IMG/VR virus record: IMGVR_UViG_2541047043_000003
Coordinates: 1 to 64,000 of that record
DNA length: 64,000 bases
Source of the DNA: a virus
Taxonomy: Duplodnaviria > Caudoviricetes
Reading direction: 5' to 3' (one strand)
The notes under the pieces are model-generated. The model had not been told where the DNA came from. It did no database searches and worked only from the letters and a program-made list of their open reading frames with translations. Both the position numbers and the translations under genes were made by a program. Positions 40,843 through 50,751 of the stretch are shown one piece after another. How positions within the stretch are numbered: the first letter of the stretch is position 1; each line of letters starts with the position of its first letter.

Positions 40843-42200
40843 AATCTTTTAAAAACGATTTTTTAAAGGACAATCAAATCCGTGAGTATGTGGATTCTAA
40901 AATTTTAAATGAGATTGTCGCAAGAAATACCGCTCTTTCCTTACTTCAAACCCAAATTTTAACAAAAATAAACTTTACCGAAAAAGGCGTGCCTTTAGGC
41001 GTTGCAACTCTTGGGTCCGACGGATTCCTTTTATCCAACCAAAGACCGCCGGTTCCATTATCCACAAATGTATTTGTCTTTAGACCGGGCGAGGTTTCTC
41101 CAAACGAAAATGTATATTCCACTTGGGTAACTTTTCGCTCCGCATTTGTCTCAAAAAAAGGTCTTAAATTTTTACAATTCGACGATTCCCTTCAAGGTAT
41201 CTCAATCCCTCCGGAGAATATTGATTTTTCGGAATGTATTTTACTTTCTAGGTATAAAAAGCAAATTCCTACTGCTATTAACTTTGCCTCCGGATTTTTA
41301 GTGAGTGCGTGGCCGATAGATGTTCAAGGATTAAAACTAAACTTTTCTTCTCATTTTTTTGATAACGGAGGATCAACTTCACTTTCCCTTTCTGATTCCG
41401 TTCTCGAATATACCGGAACGGAAACAGGAATGGATTTTTTTTCGGGTTCTTTGTCGGTTTTTTTAAAAAACTCTAAAATAGTCGGAAACGGAAGAACCGT
41501 TTTTTCATTAGGAAACAGATCCATTCAGATATTTGGAATATCAGGATCTTGTAATGTTGAGGCCGGTTGTATTCAAGGGGGAGATAGCTCCACAATGACC
41601 ATTACAAATTTAGGTTCGGTTTTAACCTCCGGCAATTCCTTTGTAGGCATTCAAGGATCGTTTCTTGGTACAAAATCCGAATCCGATCTCTCCCACGTAT
41701 TCGAAAAAACATTAATTTCCAAGGGTCAACTTGTAACACGGGACTCTTCAGGAAATTTTATTTCGGTTTCCCCCGGACTTAATAATGAGATTCTAATCTT
41801 TGATTCAAACTCGCAAGGCGGATTTAAACCTGCGTCAATCGGTAGTCTTTTTTCTCTTCCAGGAATGAAGACATTATCCGATTTTGTTCGTCAATCTTCT
41901 CCTCTTACAAGTCTTCTTTCTGCGGGAAGTAAGACACTCGACTGTTCAGCCTCGAATCTGTTTCGAATCACCGGGGGAAACGCTACGATCACGTTTTCAA
42001 ATATGACTGAAAACGAAGTTGTAAATGTCGTTCTGGAATCTACGGGTTCCTCGTATACAATTACCTGGTCTGGAGGAACGTTTCTTTGGGCGGGTGCGAG
42101 TATTCCGACACCGACCTTAGCTTCAGGAAGAAAAGACTTTTATTCTTTTATAAAAGTCGGAGGTTCTATTTATTCCTCCTGTATTTTGAATATGGGTTAA
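40839..42200 (+). CDS. Tail fibre-like protein
   Basis: KG...GVATLG.DG, KG.LV......V..G..IL..DS, ITW...F.W.G...PT...G..D.YSF C-terminal fibre module. Confidence 0.7.
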   Translation: MKSFKNDFLKDNQIREYVDSKILNEIVARNTALSLLQTQILTKINFTEKGVPLGVATLGSDGFLLSNQRPPVPLSTNVFVFRPGEVSPNENVYSTWVTFRSAFVSKKGLKFLQFDDSLQGISIPPENIDFSECILLSRYKKQIPTAINFASGFLVSAWPIDVQGLKLNFSSHFFDNGGSTSLSLSDSVLEYTGTETGMDFFSGSLSVFLKNSKIVGNGRTVFSLGNRSIQIFGISGSCNVEAGCIQGGDSSTMTITNLGSVLTSGNSFVGIQGSFLGTKSESDLSHVFEKTLISKGQLVTRDSSGNFISVSPGLNNEILIFDSNSQGGFKPASIGSLFSLPGMKTLSDFVRQSSPLTSLLSAGSKTLDCSASNLFRITGGNATITFSNMTENEVVNVVLESTGSSYTITWSGGTFLWAGASIPTPTLASGRKDFYSFIKVGGSIYSSCILNMG

Positions 42201-42204
42201 GCGA

Positions 42205-43356
42205 ATGTTTTTACCGTTCGCCCATTTTCAAATACCAAAAACAAAACCGATCGTAGATTCGGGTTTTCCGGTAAGCGAGGCCAATTGGGCCGTATATGCT
42301 ATGGCATTGAGTGGAAATAAAATATTTATTGCAGGTGCATTTACAAGTATAGGGGGAGTTTCAAGAAACAAAATCGCGGCGTTGGACTCAAACAGTGGAG
42401 AAATACTTCCTCTTTTTCAAGGACTACAAGGTGCAAACGGAACTGTAACCGCGATGATCGTTGTCGGAAGTATGCTCGTTATCGGAGGTAGTTTCACATC
42501 CGTAAACGGAGTGGCGCGTAACGGAATCGCCGCACTCGATCTTAGTAACGCAAACGTACTACCCTGGTATCCAAACGGTGGAATTGCAGGAGGTTCTTTG
42601 ACGGTTAACGACTTTTGCGTTAAAAACAATTCACTTTACCTTTGCGGGAATTTTACAAGTATCGGAGGAGTTTCAAGAAACGGAATCGCGGCCCTTGATG
42701 TTACTACGGCCGGTGTTTTGTCTTGGTACCCAAACGGAGGAGTTTTAGGCGGTGAAGGTTACAGGCTTTTACTTTCTTCGGATACAAACAAGGTGTATAT
42801 AGGGGGAAGTTTTACTCAAATCGGCGGGGTCGGTCGGGAAAAAATCGCGGCTTTTGACGCAAGTACTGGAAGCGTCATTGGCACTTGGGGACCCACAAGT
42901 CCACCCGCGGGAGCCGGGGCTTCCCCTCATGTAAAAGACATGGTACAAATCGGGAACACTCTTTTTATCGGAGGGGCATTTGGTGTAATTTCAGGTCAAG
43001 GACGGCTCGGATTTGCGGCGTTAAACGCAAATACGGGTACGTTACTCGACCTTTATCCCACAAACCTCGGCGGAGACGCGGTCAAACCTAATATTATGAC
43101 TTTTGCAAGTAAAAATAACCAACTCCACTTTGCCGGTTTTTTTTCTTCGGTAGGCGGTGAAACTAGGCTTTCGATTGCCTGTTTGGATGCGGTTACAATG
43201 CAAGTTCTACCTTGGTATCCTCCGTCTGGAGTCGGGAATCTTACTTCCAAGGTATCCAAAGGTTTTTCCTTTTTAGACAATACTTGGTGGTTAAACGGTA
43301 ATTTTCAAAGTATGGGTGGAATTACTTGTAACAATTTGGTAAAACTCAATCTCTAA
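42205..43356 (+). CDS. Beta-propeller repeat protein, candidate receptor-binding protein
   Basis: About seven repeats of L.IGG.FTSIGGV.RN.IAALD..T..VL.WYP. Confidence 0.75.
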   Translation: MFLPFAHFQIPKTKPIVDSGFPVSEANWAVYAMALSGNKIFIAGAFTSIGGVSRNKIAALDSNSGEILPLFQGLQGANGTVTAMIVVGSMLVIGGSFTSVNGVARNGIAALDLSNANVLPWYPNGGIAGGSLTVNDFCVKNNSLYLCGNFTSIGGVSRNGIAALDVTTAGVLSWYPNGGVLGGEGYRLLLSSDTNKVYIGGSFTQIGGVGREKIAAFDASTGSVIGTWGPTSPPAGAGASPHVKDMVQIGNTLFIGGAFGVISGQGRLGFAALNANTGTLLDLYPTNLGGDAVKPNIMTFASKNNQLHFAGFFSSVGGETRLSIACLDAVTMQVLPWYPPSGVGNLTSKVSKGFSFLDNTWWLNGNFQSMGGITCNNLVKLNL

Positions 43357-44966
43357 AAAACAAGATCCGCATCCTTTTCTTCCTCTTCTTCAAAGTCAAA
43401 TCCATCGTCGTTCTCTAAATCCTCCGAATATCCCGAATCGGAATATTCCGTTTCAGGATCTTTTGATTCGAGCTGTTGGTTTGATTGCTGCATCATTTGA
43501 AAATTCTGTTGAAAAATCGGATTTAAAATTACCGCTCCGGCCATTTTATATTCTTCCTCGCTGACACCGTAGAGATCGGCCAGGGTTTCCGCGATTGTAG
43601 GTTCATCTTGTGCAATTCGGATTTCGTCGATTAGTTTCCAGTTTGAAACCTCGTCTTTTAATTTGGAAAGTTTGTCTTTTTCATCTTCCGGATTTTTTCC
43701 TGTGAAATCGCATACGATTCCCGCGAAATCATCTTCTCTAAATTCCCGTATCCTGTTAAATGAGGCTTCGAAGTAGGTTAAAAGAGAAAGACTCGCTCGG
43801 TTCATCGAGAGTTTACTTTTTCCAACCTGATTGCCTTCCGAAAAAGTAGCCTGGGAACCGGTGAGTCTAAGCCCAAGTTCGGACTGATCCATTCCGTGGC
43901 CCATTAGTACGAAAGAAACGCACCATTGCATGAGTTCCTTGAAGAGCATATCGTTTGGAATATTAAGAGGAGTCCATCTTACTTCCCCGGCGGAAGTTCC
44001 GATGATGGGGATTCCGTGAGAGTCGTCAAGGCCCGAAACCATTTCCTGCCACTGTAGTTGTAACGACTCGATTACTTCTTGCGTAGCGTCTCCCTGAAAA
44101 CTCATGAACCCTTGTGGGTGTAGTCTTGAAAAAGTATCCCGATTGAATTTAAGGGATCTGATTACTCCGATTAAATCCAAAATACACGCTTCGAGCGGTG
44201 AAAATCCGAATCCCCGAAGGGATACGTCCGAGATATGATTTTTGTGAAACCACAGAATTTCGTTTTCTGAGAAAGTTTCGACTACGTTGTCGTCTATAAT
44301 CTGTACAAATGCGATACTTTTGTCGCTACGATAACCCTTGTTTCTGTCTACGGGAAAAATCGTTGCCGGATCTAGGTATCTGATTTCAATGAGTTTATTA
44401 AAAGAATTGTATATTAGAAAAAAGGCGATACTGTCGATCGTGAGAGTATCCCTTAGCATCATCTCAAAGACGGACCCTAGATGGTCTCTATTGGCCCAAC
44501 CGGGGGTTAAATCCCCCATTTTTTCAAAAAACCTACCGCACGATTTCATCTTAGAAAGGATTTCTTCGTCCACTTCGTCGTCTTCGTTTTCAGTCCGAAA
44601 CCAAAGTCCGGTTTTTTTACTAATTCGTGCAAACCGACTTAGTTCCTCGACTCTTACGGTGTGTATCGCCGATATGATCGATGTCGTGTAACTTGCGTTT
44701 CTTAGCTGGGTAAAAGGGATTCTCCAAGTGGGCCGAAGTTGTACGCCGTCTCTGATTTGATTTATTTGGTCGTAGGTATATACCGGATTTCTTCCCGCGA
44801 GTTTTTCCGAATTTATCTGATTAAAAAATGATTTTGCTAAAGTAAGTAGGTGTTGGTTTATTTTTTCAGGTTTTACTACGTTTTCGTTTGAGTTTACAAG
44901 CCTTTGTCGTTTGGCTAAATTTTTCTCGTAATCGTTTCCTCGAGGGCGGCCGTTTTTTAAATTCAC
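43353..44966 (-). CDS. Portal protein (likely start GTG 44966)
   Basis: RDTLTID, LDPATI, GFGFSPLE, PQGFM, Q....G....HGIPI, G.D..E.G, IDEIR. Confidence 0.9.
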   Translation of the reverse strand: MNLKNGRPRGNDYEKNLAKRQRLVNSNENVVKPEKINQHLLTLAKSFFNQINSEKLAGRNPVYTYDQINQIRDGVQLRPTWRIPFTQLRNASYTTSIISAIHTVRVEELSRFARISKKTGLWFRTENEDDEVDEEILSKMKSCGRFFEKMGDLTPGWANRDHLGSVFEMMLRDTLTIDSIAFFLIYNSFNKLIEIRYLDPATIFPVDRNKGYRSDKSIAFVQIIDDNVVETFSENEILWFHKNHISDVSLRGFGFSPLEACILDLIGVIRSLKFNRDTFSRLHPQGFMSFQGDATQEVIESLQLQWQEMVSGLDDSHGIPIIGTSAGEVRWTPLNIPNDMLFKELMQWCVSFVLMGHGMDQSELGLRLTGSQATFSEGNQVGKSKLSMNRASLSLLTYFEASFNRIREFREDDFAGIVCDFTGKNPEDEKDKLSKLKDEVSNWKLIDEIRIAQDEPTIAETLADLYGVSEEEYKMAGAVILNPIFQQNFQMMQQSNQQLESKDPETEYSDSGYSEDLENDDGFDFEEEEEKDADLVF

Positions 44967-45111
44967 AATCAAGAATTTAGTTTAAAACGTAAATATCGGA
45001 AGGAGGTTTTTCCGGGTTTTTCCGCCGGAAAAACCCCTTTTTACCAAGGTTTGTACTTTTAAAATTTAACTTAATTTTTCCGATATTTTCTTTCTTTGTT
45101 ATCTTTTCTTT

Positions 45112-45417
45112 ATGCCTAAAAAATCGATTACTCTTCAAGACTTTAGCCGTCTTGAATTTCAAAATCAGTTTACTCTACCGGGGAATGCGGTTTTAAATTC
45201 ACCCGATCGGCTCTATTACGTTACCGGTATATACGCAAACGGCGCGTGGAAGATATTCGTCAAAGGAAATAACGCAGACGCAAATCTTCAAAACTACATA
45301 AGGTCTGGAAACGGAGACATTCAGTTTTTTCGTCCAATTTGTGCGTGTGAAGCTTCCTTTTCGGGTGTAACCGAAGTTTCCGGCTTTTGGACGGATAGCA
45401 GTCTTTCCTCCCACTAA
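45112..45417 (+). CDS. Hypothetical virion protein
   Basis: Preceded by CCGAT-N15-TATCTT-N6-ATG. Confidence 0.6.
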   Translation: MPKKSITLQDFSRLEFQNQFTLPGNAVLNSPDRLYYVTGIYANGAWKIFVKGNNADANLQNYIRSGNGDIQFFRPICACEASFSGVTEVSGFWTDSSLSSH

Positions 45418-45423
45418 AAGATT

Positions 45424-45888
45424 ATGTTTAAAAACTCTAACTCCTTAGTAAAAAAGAAAGTGCTCGTCCACGGTAAAGCGGGCGACTACATGGCGTTTCG
45501 TAATACGAAGACGGGTAGTGATACCCTTACTCCCCGTGAAAAAAAAGTGGAACAAGCGCGTCATGAGAGAAATAAAATTTCCTATTCCAAAAACCTTTCC
45601 GAAAAAGAAAAAACCTTAATCGAGGAAATGACACAAAGACATTTACAATTCGAATCGGAAGCAAAAGAACAAAGAAAAACGTACGGAAGCGGTCCTAAGA
45701 TTCCGAAACCCGGTATGATTATGCGTGTGTATGCAAAAGGAAAAGTGAATGTGGGTGGTATGCTTGCAAAAGTCAAAGAAATCGCACACGACGGCAAAAC
45801 CGTAGTTTGCGAACTTACCTCCGGCAAAATCTACAGTTTAAGTTTAGAGCACTTAGAATTCGCTAAATCCAAACTCTTTTCCGATTAA
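45424..45888 (+). CDS. Probable capsid-internal protein
   Basis: N-terminal LVKKKV.V.GK.G motif; C-terminal KOW/SH3-like segment; EFAKS motif. Confidence 0.5.
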   Translation: MFKNSNSLVKKKVLVHGKAGDYMAFRNTKTGSDTLTPREKKVEQARHERNKISYSKNLSEKEKTLIEEMTQRHLQFESEAKEQRKTYGSGPKIPKPGMIMRVYAKGKVNVGGMLAKVKEIAHDGKTVVCELTSGKIYSLSLEHLEFAKSKLFSD

Positions 45889-45935
45889 ACTTTTTTAATG
45901 TATATTAAAAAAATGAAATTTTTATTCATCAATTC

Positions 45936-46898
45936 TTGTATTCCAAAAAGTTTTCTTTGACTTACGGTTTTGGCGGGGACTTAAACAAACAGTCCGAAGA
46001 CTATGAGTATCATGATCTTTCCGCCCGTATCTATCCGGAGCTTGAAAAAAAAGGAGAGATACTTCCCGGTTGGGGTACTCTTATTCATCCGGACGAGCTT
46101 CGTCGTATTATGTTCTACGGGAACGAACCACTTCTGACTACGAGAGGCTCTCAGTTAGAGGACTTCCAGTTAAAAAATTGGTGCGACCAAACCGTTCGCG
46201 CATTCGCTTCTGAAATCGATTGGGATATTTACCCTAGACTTTTTCGGTCCCGGCCACTTGTCGGTCAAAGCGGAAGATTTGATTTAGAACCTCGAACCGG
46301 AAGGATCGAAGATTATGCGGAGTGGGACGATAGCTATGACTACGACGTTTCTAAAAATTCGAACTTCTTTTTAAAACTAAGAAGAAAGAACCTTTGCTGT
46401 CTTCACAAGTGGGTCTTAACTCTTCCCTGGAGCGGGAATACGGTTTTAGATCTTACAAACCGCGCAACGATTCAATACAAAACCGGAATCTTGCGCGCGG
46501 TCTATTCTAGGATTCCTTTTGGTAATACCGGCATTTCTCAAATCGGAATTCAAGGCTACAGGGCTTTGGACCAAAATTCCACCAACTTACCCGGTGCCTA
46601 TCAAGTCGATTACACGACCGGATACGACCACGCAACACGAGTTCCGAGTGAACTTAAAAGTCAAATTCTAAAGTATTTTTCGATATGTCTTTTATCTTCC
46701 TACGGAGAAGGAATCATCGGAGGGGTTGCCAATTATTCTACTTCCTTAGGCGTTATTTCGGAATCTATTGGAACTACAATGTCCGCTGAAAACGCATTTT
46801 TTGGAGCGCGAATCAAACAATTTACCAACGAACTAAACGAGTGGTGGAAAAAAAGTAAAATCCGTTATACCGGAATTTCTTTTGGAGCTTTGGGCTAA
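45936..46898 (+). CDS. Head-tail adaptor/neck protein (start may be TTG 45957)
   Basis: PGAYQVDYTTG...VP..L...I.K, G.ANYS.S....SES..T..SAEN..FGARI, SPO1/Twort-like adaptor pattern. Confidence 0.7.
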   Translation: MYSKKFSLTYGFGGDLNKQSEDYEYHDLSARIYPELEKKGEILPGWGTLIHPDELRRIMFYGNEPLLTTRGSQLEDFQLKNWCDQTVRAFASEIDWDIYPRLFRSRPLVGQSGRFDLEPRTGRIEDYAEWDDSYDYDVSKNSNFFLKLRRKNLCCLHKWVLTLPWSGNTVLDLTNRATIQYKTGILRAVYSRIPFGNTGISQIGIQGYRALDQNSTNLPGAYQVDYTTGYDHATRVPSELKSQILKYFSICLLSSYGEGIIGGVANYSTSLGVISESIGTTMSAENAFFGARIKQFTNELNEWWKKSKIRYTGISFGALG

Positions 46899-47452
46899 TG
46901 GATGAGTTTTTTAATTTTAAATTTTTTGAAAATGAATTTCAACACATTGCAGGTTATATTGCGAGTTTTGTAATATTCTTAGGACAGTTTATTTTTTGGT
47001 TTTTAAAAAAAATCAAAGATATCCGTTCTTCTAACTCCAAACCTTTGTATACCGTTTCAAGTCCTTATTTTCATTTTTTCGGTGAAATTACTCGTCTTGA
47101 TATTTTTTTAAAAAATAATTTGAGTGTGGCGGTAAGCGAGGTTTTATTTACGGATTTAGTTTCCCTCTACAAAAAAGCCAAAGATAGAAATCTGGAATCG
47201 ATTAAAATCGAACTCGCTCATTTTTGTAATATCTCTCAAAGTGCGAGTCTCGCAATTCGTAATTTTGTGGACTACGTTGCGGCGTTTAACGGCATTCGAG
47301 TCGTTATTAAATTCCCGGCTAATTCAGACGACGCCGTTAATCTTTTTTTAGACCTAAAAAAACACCGGGCTCATTCGGATTCGGGTAGGATCGAACTGTA
47401 TCTTAACGATTACTCTCTTTTTTCTGGAAAAAATAGAAATTTTTTCCGATAA
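46898..47452 (+). CDS. Membrane-anchored protein with STAS-like domain
   Basis: N-terminal TM; IKIELAHFCNISQSASLAI resembles the STAS core. Confidence 0.45.
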   Translation: MDEFFNFKFFENEFQHIAGYIASFVIFLGQFIFWFLKKIKDIRSSNSKPLYTVSSPYFHFFGEITRLDIFLKNNLSVAVSEVLFTDLVSLYKKAKDRNLESIKIELAHFCNISQSASLAIRNFVDYVAAFNGIRVVIKFPANSDDAVNLFLDLKKHRAHSDSGRIELYLNDYSLFSGKNRNFFR

Positions 47453-47477
47453 CCTTTTATTCTTTATTATCCAAGGT

Positions 47478-48149
47478 ATGAAATACGAAACTTTCATACC
47501 TCTTCTAATCGAAAAAACTAAGTCTAAGTTCCTTTCCTTAGAAAAAAATAAAGGACCGAAACTTGATTTTGAATCCTCTCTTATCTTAATCGGAGTTCGA
47601 GGTATCAGCGTTTGTAATAACGAAGTATCCTTAAACGACAACGACTTTGATTCGTTTAACGACGTGCTTTTTAATATCTATCCCGGTGGTAAATCCTGGG
47701 GGAGTAGGGTTGTCACTCTCGATCCGGGAAAGGTTTCTAAAGAAACGCTTTTAAAATACGGCATCAAAAACGGTGAATCCAGAACCGAGGAAGGCGTCTA
47801 TCTCGTTAAACTTGGGAACCATCGCGGTCACGTTGCAATCGTTCAAGGTTCTCCTTTTTATTTTCGTCGGGACGAAAATGGGGATCATATCTGGAACGAA
47901 CTGGACCCGATTTATTTTGACTGTGTGGGTTTAAATATTCACGCTCAAGGAACTCTAAAAAATTACGTGGGAGTTTCCTCTCTTGGCTGTACGGTTACTA
48001 AAGCGACTTGGAAGGATTCGGAGTGGATAGAGCTTATTTCTGTTTTTAAAGGCGCGGAGCTTAGTGCAAAAAAGAAAAATCCAAACTTCCCGGGTTTTTG
48101 TTACGCGGTTCTAAATCAAGACTCTGTGAAAGATATTCTTTTAAGGTAA
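47478..48149 (+). CDS. Probable endolysin (YkuD/L,D-peptidase-like)
   Basis: TLDPG, G.Y..KLG.HRG, RRD.NGD, GLNIH...SLGC His/Cys motif; upstream of membrane genes. Confidence 0.65.
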   Translation: MKYETFIPLLIEKTKSKFLSLEKNKGPKLDFESSLILIGVRGISVCNNEVSLNDNDFDSFNDVLFNIYPGGKSWGSRVVTLDPGKVSKETLLKYGIKNGESRTEEGVYLVKLGNHRGHVAIVQGSPFYFRRDENGDHIWNELDPIYFDCVGLNIHAQGTLKNYVGVSSLGCTVTKATWKDSEWIELISVFKGAELSAKKKNPNFPGFCYAVLNQDSVKDILLR

Positions 48150-48155
48150 ATCACT

Positions 48156-48494
48156 TTGCAAAAGAAAATTAAAGCAAAAGAAATCTTAAAACTCCATCCG
48201 GATTCGGTAGAAGCAAAAGGTCTGGAAGAAAGATTAGAAAAGTGCGTAGTCGTTGAAAAAAACTTTTTTCGTATCACGAACCAGGCGTTTTTTCTCGGTC
48301 TTTTCTTTTTGTTTATCGGACTCTATACCCTAAAATCCTTTCCGGAGGCTAAAATTTCGGAAGGGTTCGGGGGAGTGAGCGTCTGCGGCCTTTTTCTTAC
48401 CTCCGGAATTATTCTAATGTCTTGGTTTAAAACCGGTGAAATTTTAAAAGCTGTTGGGGATTTTATCTCCAAGGCAAAAGGAGGAAGCGGGTAA
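48156..48494 (+). CDS. Holin candidate (2 TM)
   Basis: Two hydrophobic helices, adjacent to the endolysin. Confidence 0.5.
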   Translation: MQKKIKAKEILKLHPDSVEAKGLEERLEKCVVVEKNFFRITNQAFFLGLFFLFIGLYTLKSFPEAKISEGFGGVSVCGLFLTSGIILMSWFKTGEILKAVGDFISKAKGGSG

Positions 48495-48573
48495 ACTCAA
48501 TTAGATTTCTTTCATATTCTAAACATACGTCAAATGTAATCTTTTCTTAATTTTTTTAAAAAGGATTCATATT

Positions 48574-48852
48574 TTGAACAAACATATTTCTAATCTTAAA
48601 ATCTATTTTTTTTCTCACAAGTCCTTTGTGATTTCTTTGGTGTTCATTCTTCTTTTACTCGTTACGTTTATCAAAGTAAACAACATTCAGATTCGTTTGT
48701 CCGATACCGACAGCGTTACTTCTGAAAATATAGCTCCCGTTGACTACTCCATTGACAGAAGCCGTTTTCTTTGTTACGCAAAAAAAACTCCTGTAGACGT
48801 TCAAAAAACTTGCGACGGTGCGTTTCCTAAAAACAAAGAGAAAGTAAAATGA
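48574..48852 (+). CDS. Single-TM protein of the lysis cassette
   Basis: N-terminal TM, small periplasmic domain with two Cys. Confidence 0.45.
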   Translation: MNKHISNLKIYFFSHKSFVISLVFILLLLVTFIKVNNIQIRLSDTDSVTSENIAPVDYSIDRSRFLCYAKKTPVDVQKTCDGAFPKNKEKVK

Positions 48853-49229
48853 TGAAGCGTTTCGTTTTTCTTTTTTGTTTTTTTCTTACCTTTAACTGCG
48901 CTTCTATTCAAAATTCGACTCCTAACTCCTTGCCTTCAAGGTCTTCGGGTTGTTCCGAGTATGTCGGCTCTTCTTGGTTTTTGTGTTTGGAAAAACTTCA
49001 TGCAAAGTGGGAAAAAATCGAATCTTCCAATGCTTCGATTACAATCCTTTCGGAGGCAAGGGAAGGGGAGTATATTCGTCGTAAAAAAAGAATCTGTTGG
49101 TCTCCGTTTTTTTGTCGGGATCTAGAGGAAAGAGTTTATTCCCCGTCCTTTTTTCAATCCCTAAAGAAGACTTTGTCTACGGTCCTAATTTCTGTGTGTA
49201 TAGGTCTTTTGATCGGTATTTCTCTTTAA
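48849..49229 (+). CDS. Lipoprotein with C-terminal TM (spanin candidate)
   Basis: [17 protein letters not shown] lipobox; hydrophobic C-terminus [15 protein letters not shown]. Confidence 0.6.
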   Translation: MMKRFVFLFCFFLTFNCASIQNSTPNSLPSRSSGCSEYVGSSWFLCLEKLHAKWEKIESSNASITILSEAREGEYIRRKKRICWSPFFCRDLEERVYSPSFFQSLKKTLSTVLISVCIGLLIGISL

Positions 49230-50011
49230 TGTCTTATACACAACATTTGAATACGAAACTTTTTTACGACGATTGCTTTAACGTTCTTCCAAAGATTCCA
49301 GACAAATCGGTTGATCTGATTTTGTCGGATCTTCCGTATGGTACGACCGATTGTTTCTGGGATAAAATTCTTCCTTTAGATCTACTTTGGAAAGAATACG
49401 AAAGAATCATCAAAGACAACGGAGCTATTATTTTAACGTCTTGTCAGCCCTTGACGACTAGACTCATTTGCAGCAATCAAAAACTCTTTCGTTACGAACT
49501 CGTTTGGTACAAATCAAAACCCTCCGGTTTTTTAAACGCTAAAAAAATGCCAAACAAGTCGCACGAAAACATTTTAATTTTTTACAAAAGGCTTCCAACA
49601 TACAACCCTCAAAAATTTAGGATTGATCCTAAATTTCAAAAAAAGGGAAAATCTTCTAAGGCAGGAATCAACGTTTTCAAAGTAAGTGGTCCGAAATCGG
49701 AGAATTATCAGTACTTAGATGAGGGTTTAAGGTATCCGGATTCCGTTCTTTGTTTTCCAAGTGAGTTCGCAAAAGGGATGCACCCGACTCAAAAGCCGGT
49801 TTCTCTTATGAAATTTCTAGTTCAATCCTACTCGAACGTCGGTGATTTGGTTCTTGATAACTGCATGGGGGCGGGAACGACCGGCGTTGCGTGTGTTGAG
49901 TCCGATCGCAATTTTATCGGCATCGAAAAAGAGAAAATTTATTTTGATCTTGCTAAAACTAGAATCTCGAACGCGAAGAAATTGAAATCGCAAAATCTAT
50001 TCGTTTCTTAA
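49229..50011 (+). CDS. Beta-class DNA methyltransferase (likely start ATG 49229)
   Basis: [23 protein letters not shown]. Confidence 0.92.
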   Translation: MSYTQHLNTKLFYDDCFNVLPKIPDKSVDLILSDLPYGTTDCFWDKILPLDLLWKEYERIIKDNGAIILTSCQPLTTRLICSNQKLFRYELVWYKSKPSGFLNAKKMPNKSHENILIFYKRLPTYNPQKFRIDPKFQKKGKSSKAGINVFKVSGPKSENYQYLDEGLRYPDSVLCFPSEFAKGMHPTQKPVSLMKFLVQSYSNVGDLVLDNCMGAGTTGVACVESDRNFIGIEKEKIYFDLAKTRISNAKKLKSQNLFVS

Positions 50012-50043
50012 GATTTAATAATGAAACGTCAGGTTAATCTTTC

Positions 50044-50163
50044 ATGACCAATTTCCAAATCTTTGAACTGATCCTTATGTATACCGCGTTCTGGAGTCTT
50101 GTAGTCTGGGGACTTTGTGGGTTAGTTTTCGGGATTATCGCTTTATGTTTTTGGAGAGATTGA
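50044..50163 (+). CDS. 39-aa hydrophobic peptide MTNFQIFELILMYTAFWSLVVWGLCGLVFGIIALCFWRD
   Basis: Hand-read ORF; frame conserved in the paralog at 50587. Confidence 0.55.
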   Translation: MTNFQIFELILMYTAFWSLVVWGLCGLVFGIIALCFWRD

Positions 50164-50294
50164 TTTTTTGTTTTACTTGATCCAAGATTAAAGTCTGCTT
50201 TGTTTTTATCCGATTTTAATTGAATCGTTACTAGGCAAGTATTAAAGAGATTTAAACCTCCTCCCAAAGAACTTAGATTACATTATATTCCTGT

Positions 50295-50385
50295 AAAGGA
50301 CACGGCCCTCCAAAGTGACTTACGTTCGAAGGACCGTGTTTATTTAGTTGTAGTTACTTACCCGCAATAATGCGGGTAAGTGTAT
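50295..50385 (-). ncRNA. Candidate two-hairpin small RNA
   Basis: - strand TATAAT at 50396-50391; perfect 10-bp stem 50356-50381; ~15-bp stem 50300-50339 that needs G-U pairs available on the - strand. Confidence 0.45.
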
Positions 50386-50586
50386 AGTTAATTATAATAT
50401 TCAAGATTGTTGTCGAGTATTTTTTGAATGTTATCTACCGAAATCCAATCGTATTTTCATCGGCATCGATCAAAATAATATCTATTTTGATCTTATTAAA
50501 ACTAGAATCTCGAATACGAAGAAATTAAAATCGCAAGGTATCTTTGCCTGAGCGGATTTTAAAATGAAACGCTAGTTTAAACTTTC

Positions 50587-50682
50587 ATGACCCATTTCCA
50601 GATCTTTCAATTGATTCTTTTGTACACCGCACTCTGGGGATTTTGTAGGTTAGCTTTCGGGGTTATCGCTTTTTTATTTTAA
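50587..50682 (+). CDS. 31-aa hydrophobic peptide MTHFQIFQLILLYTALWGFCRLAFGVIAFLF
   Basis: Paralog of 50044-50163 within a degenerate ~200-bp duplication. Confidence 0.45.
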   Translation: MTHFQIFQLILLYTALWGFCRLAFGVIAFLF

Positions 50683-50751
50683 AAAAGTAGATTAGTATAT
50701 TATTTTTTCGTTGTAGTAACTTTATCCTTATTCATTTTTGTACTCGGTTCA

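Noticed and set aside
42300-43220. DNA repeats such as TTTACAAGTAT.GG.GGAGTTTCAAGAAAC
   Set aside because: Explained by beta-propeller blade repeats in the protein.
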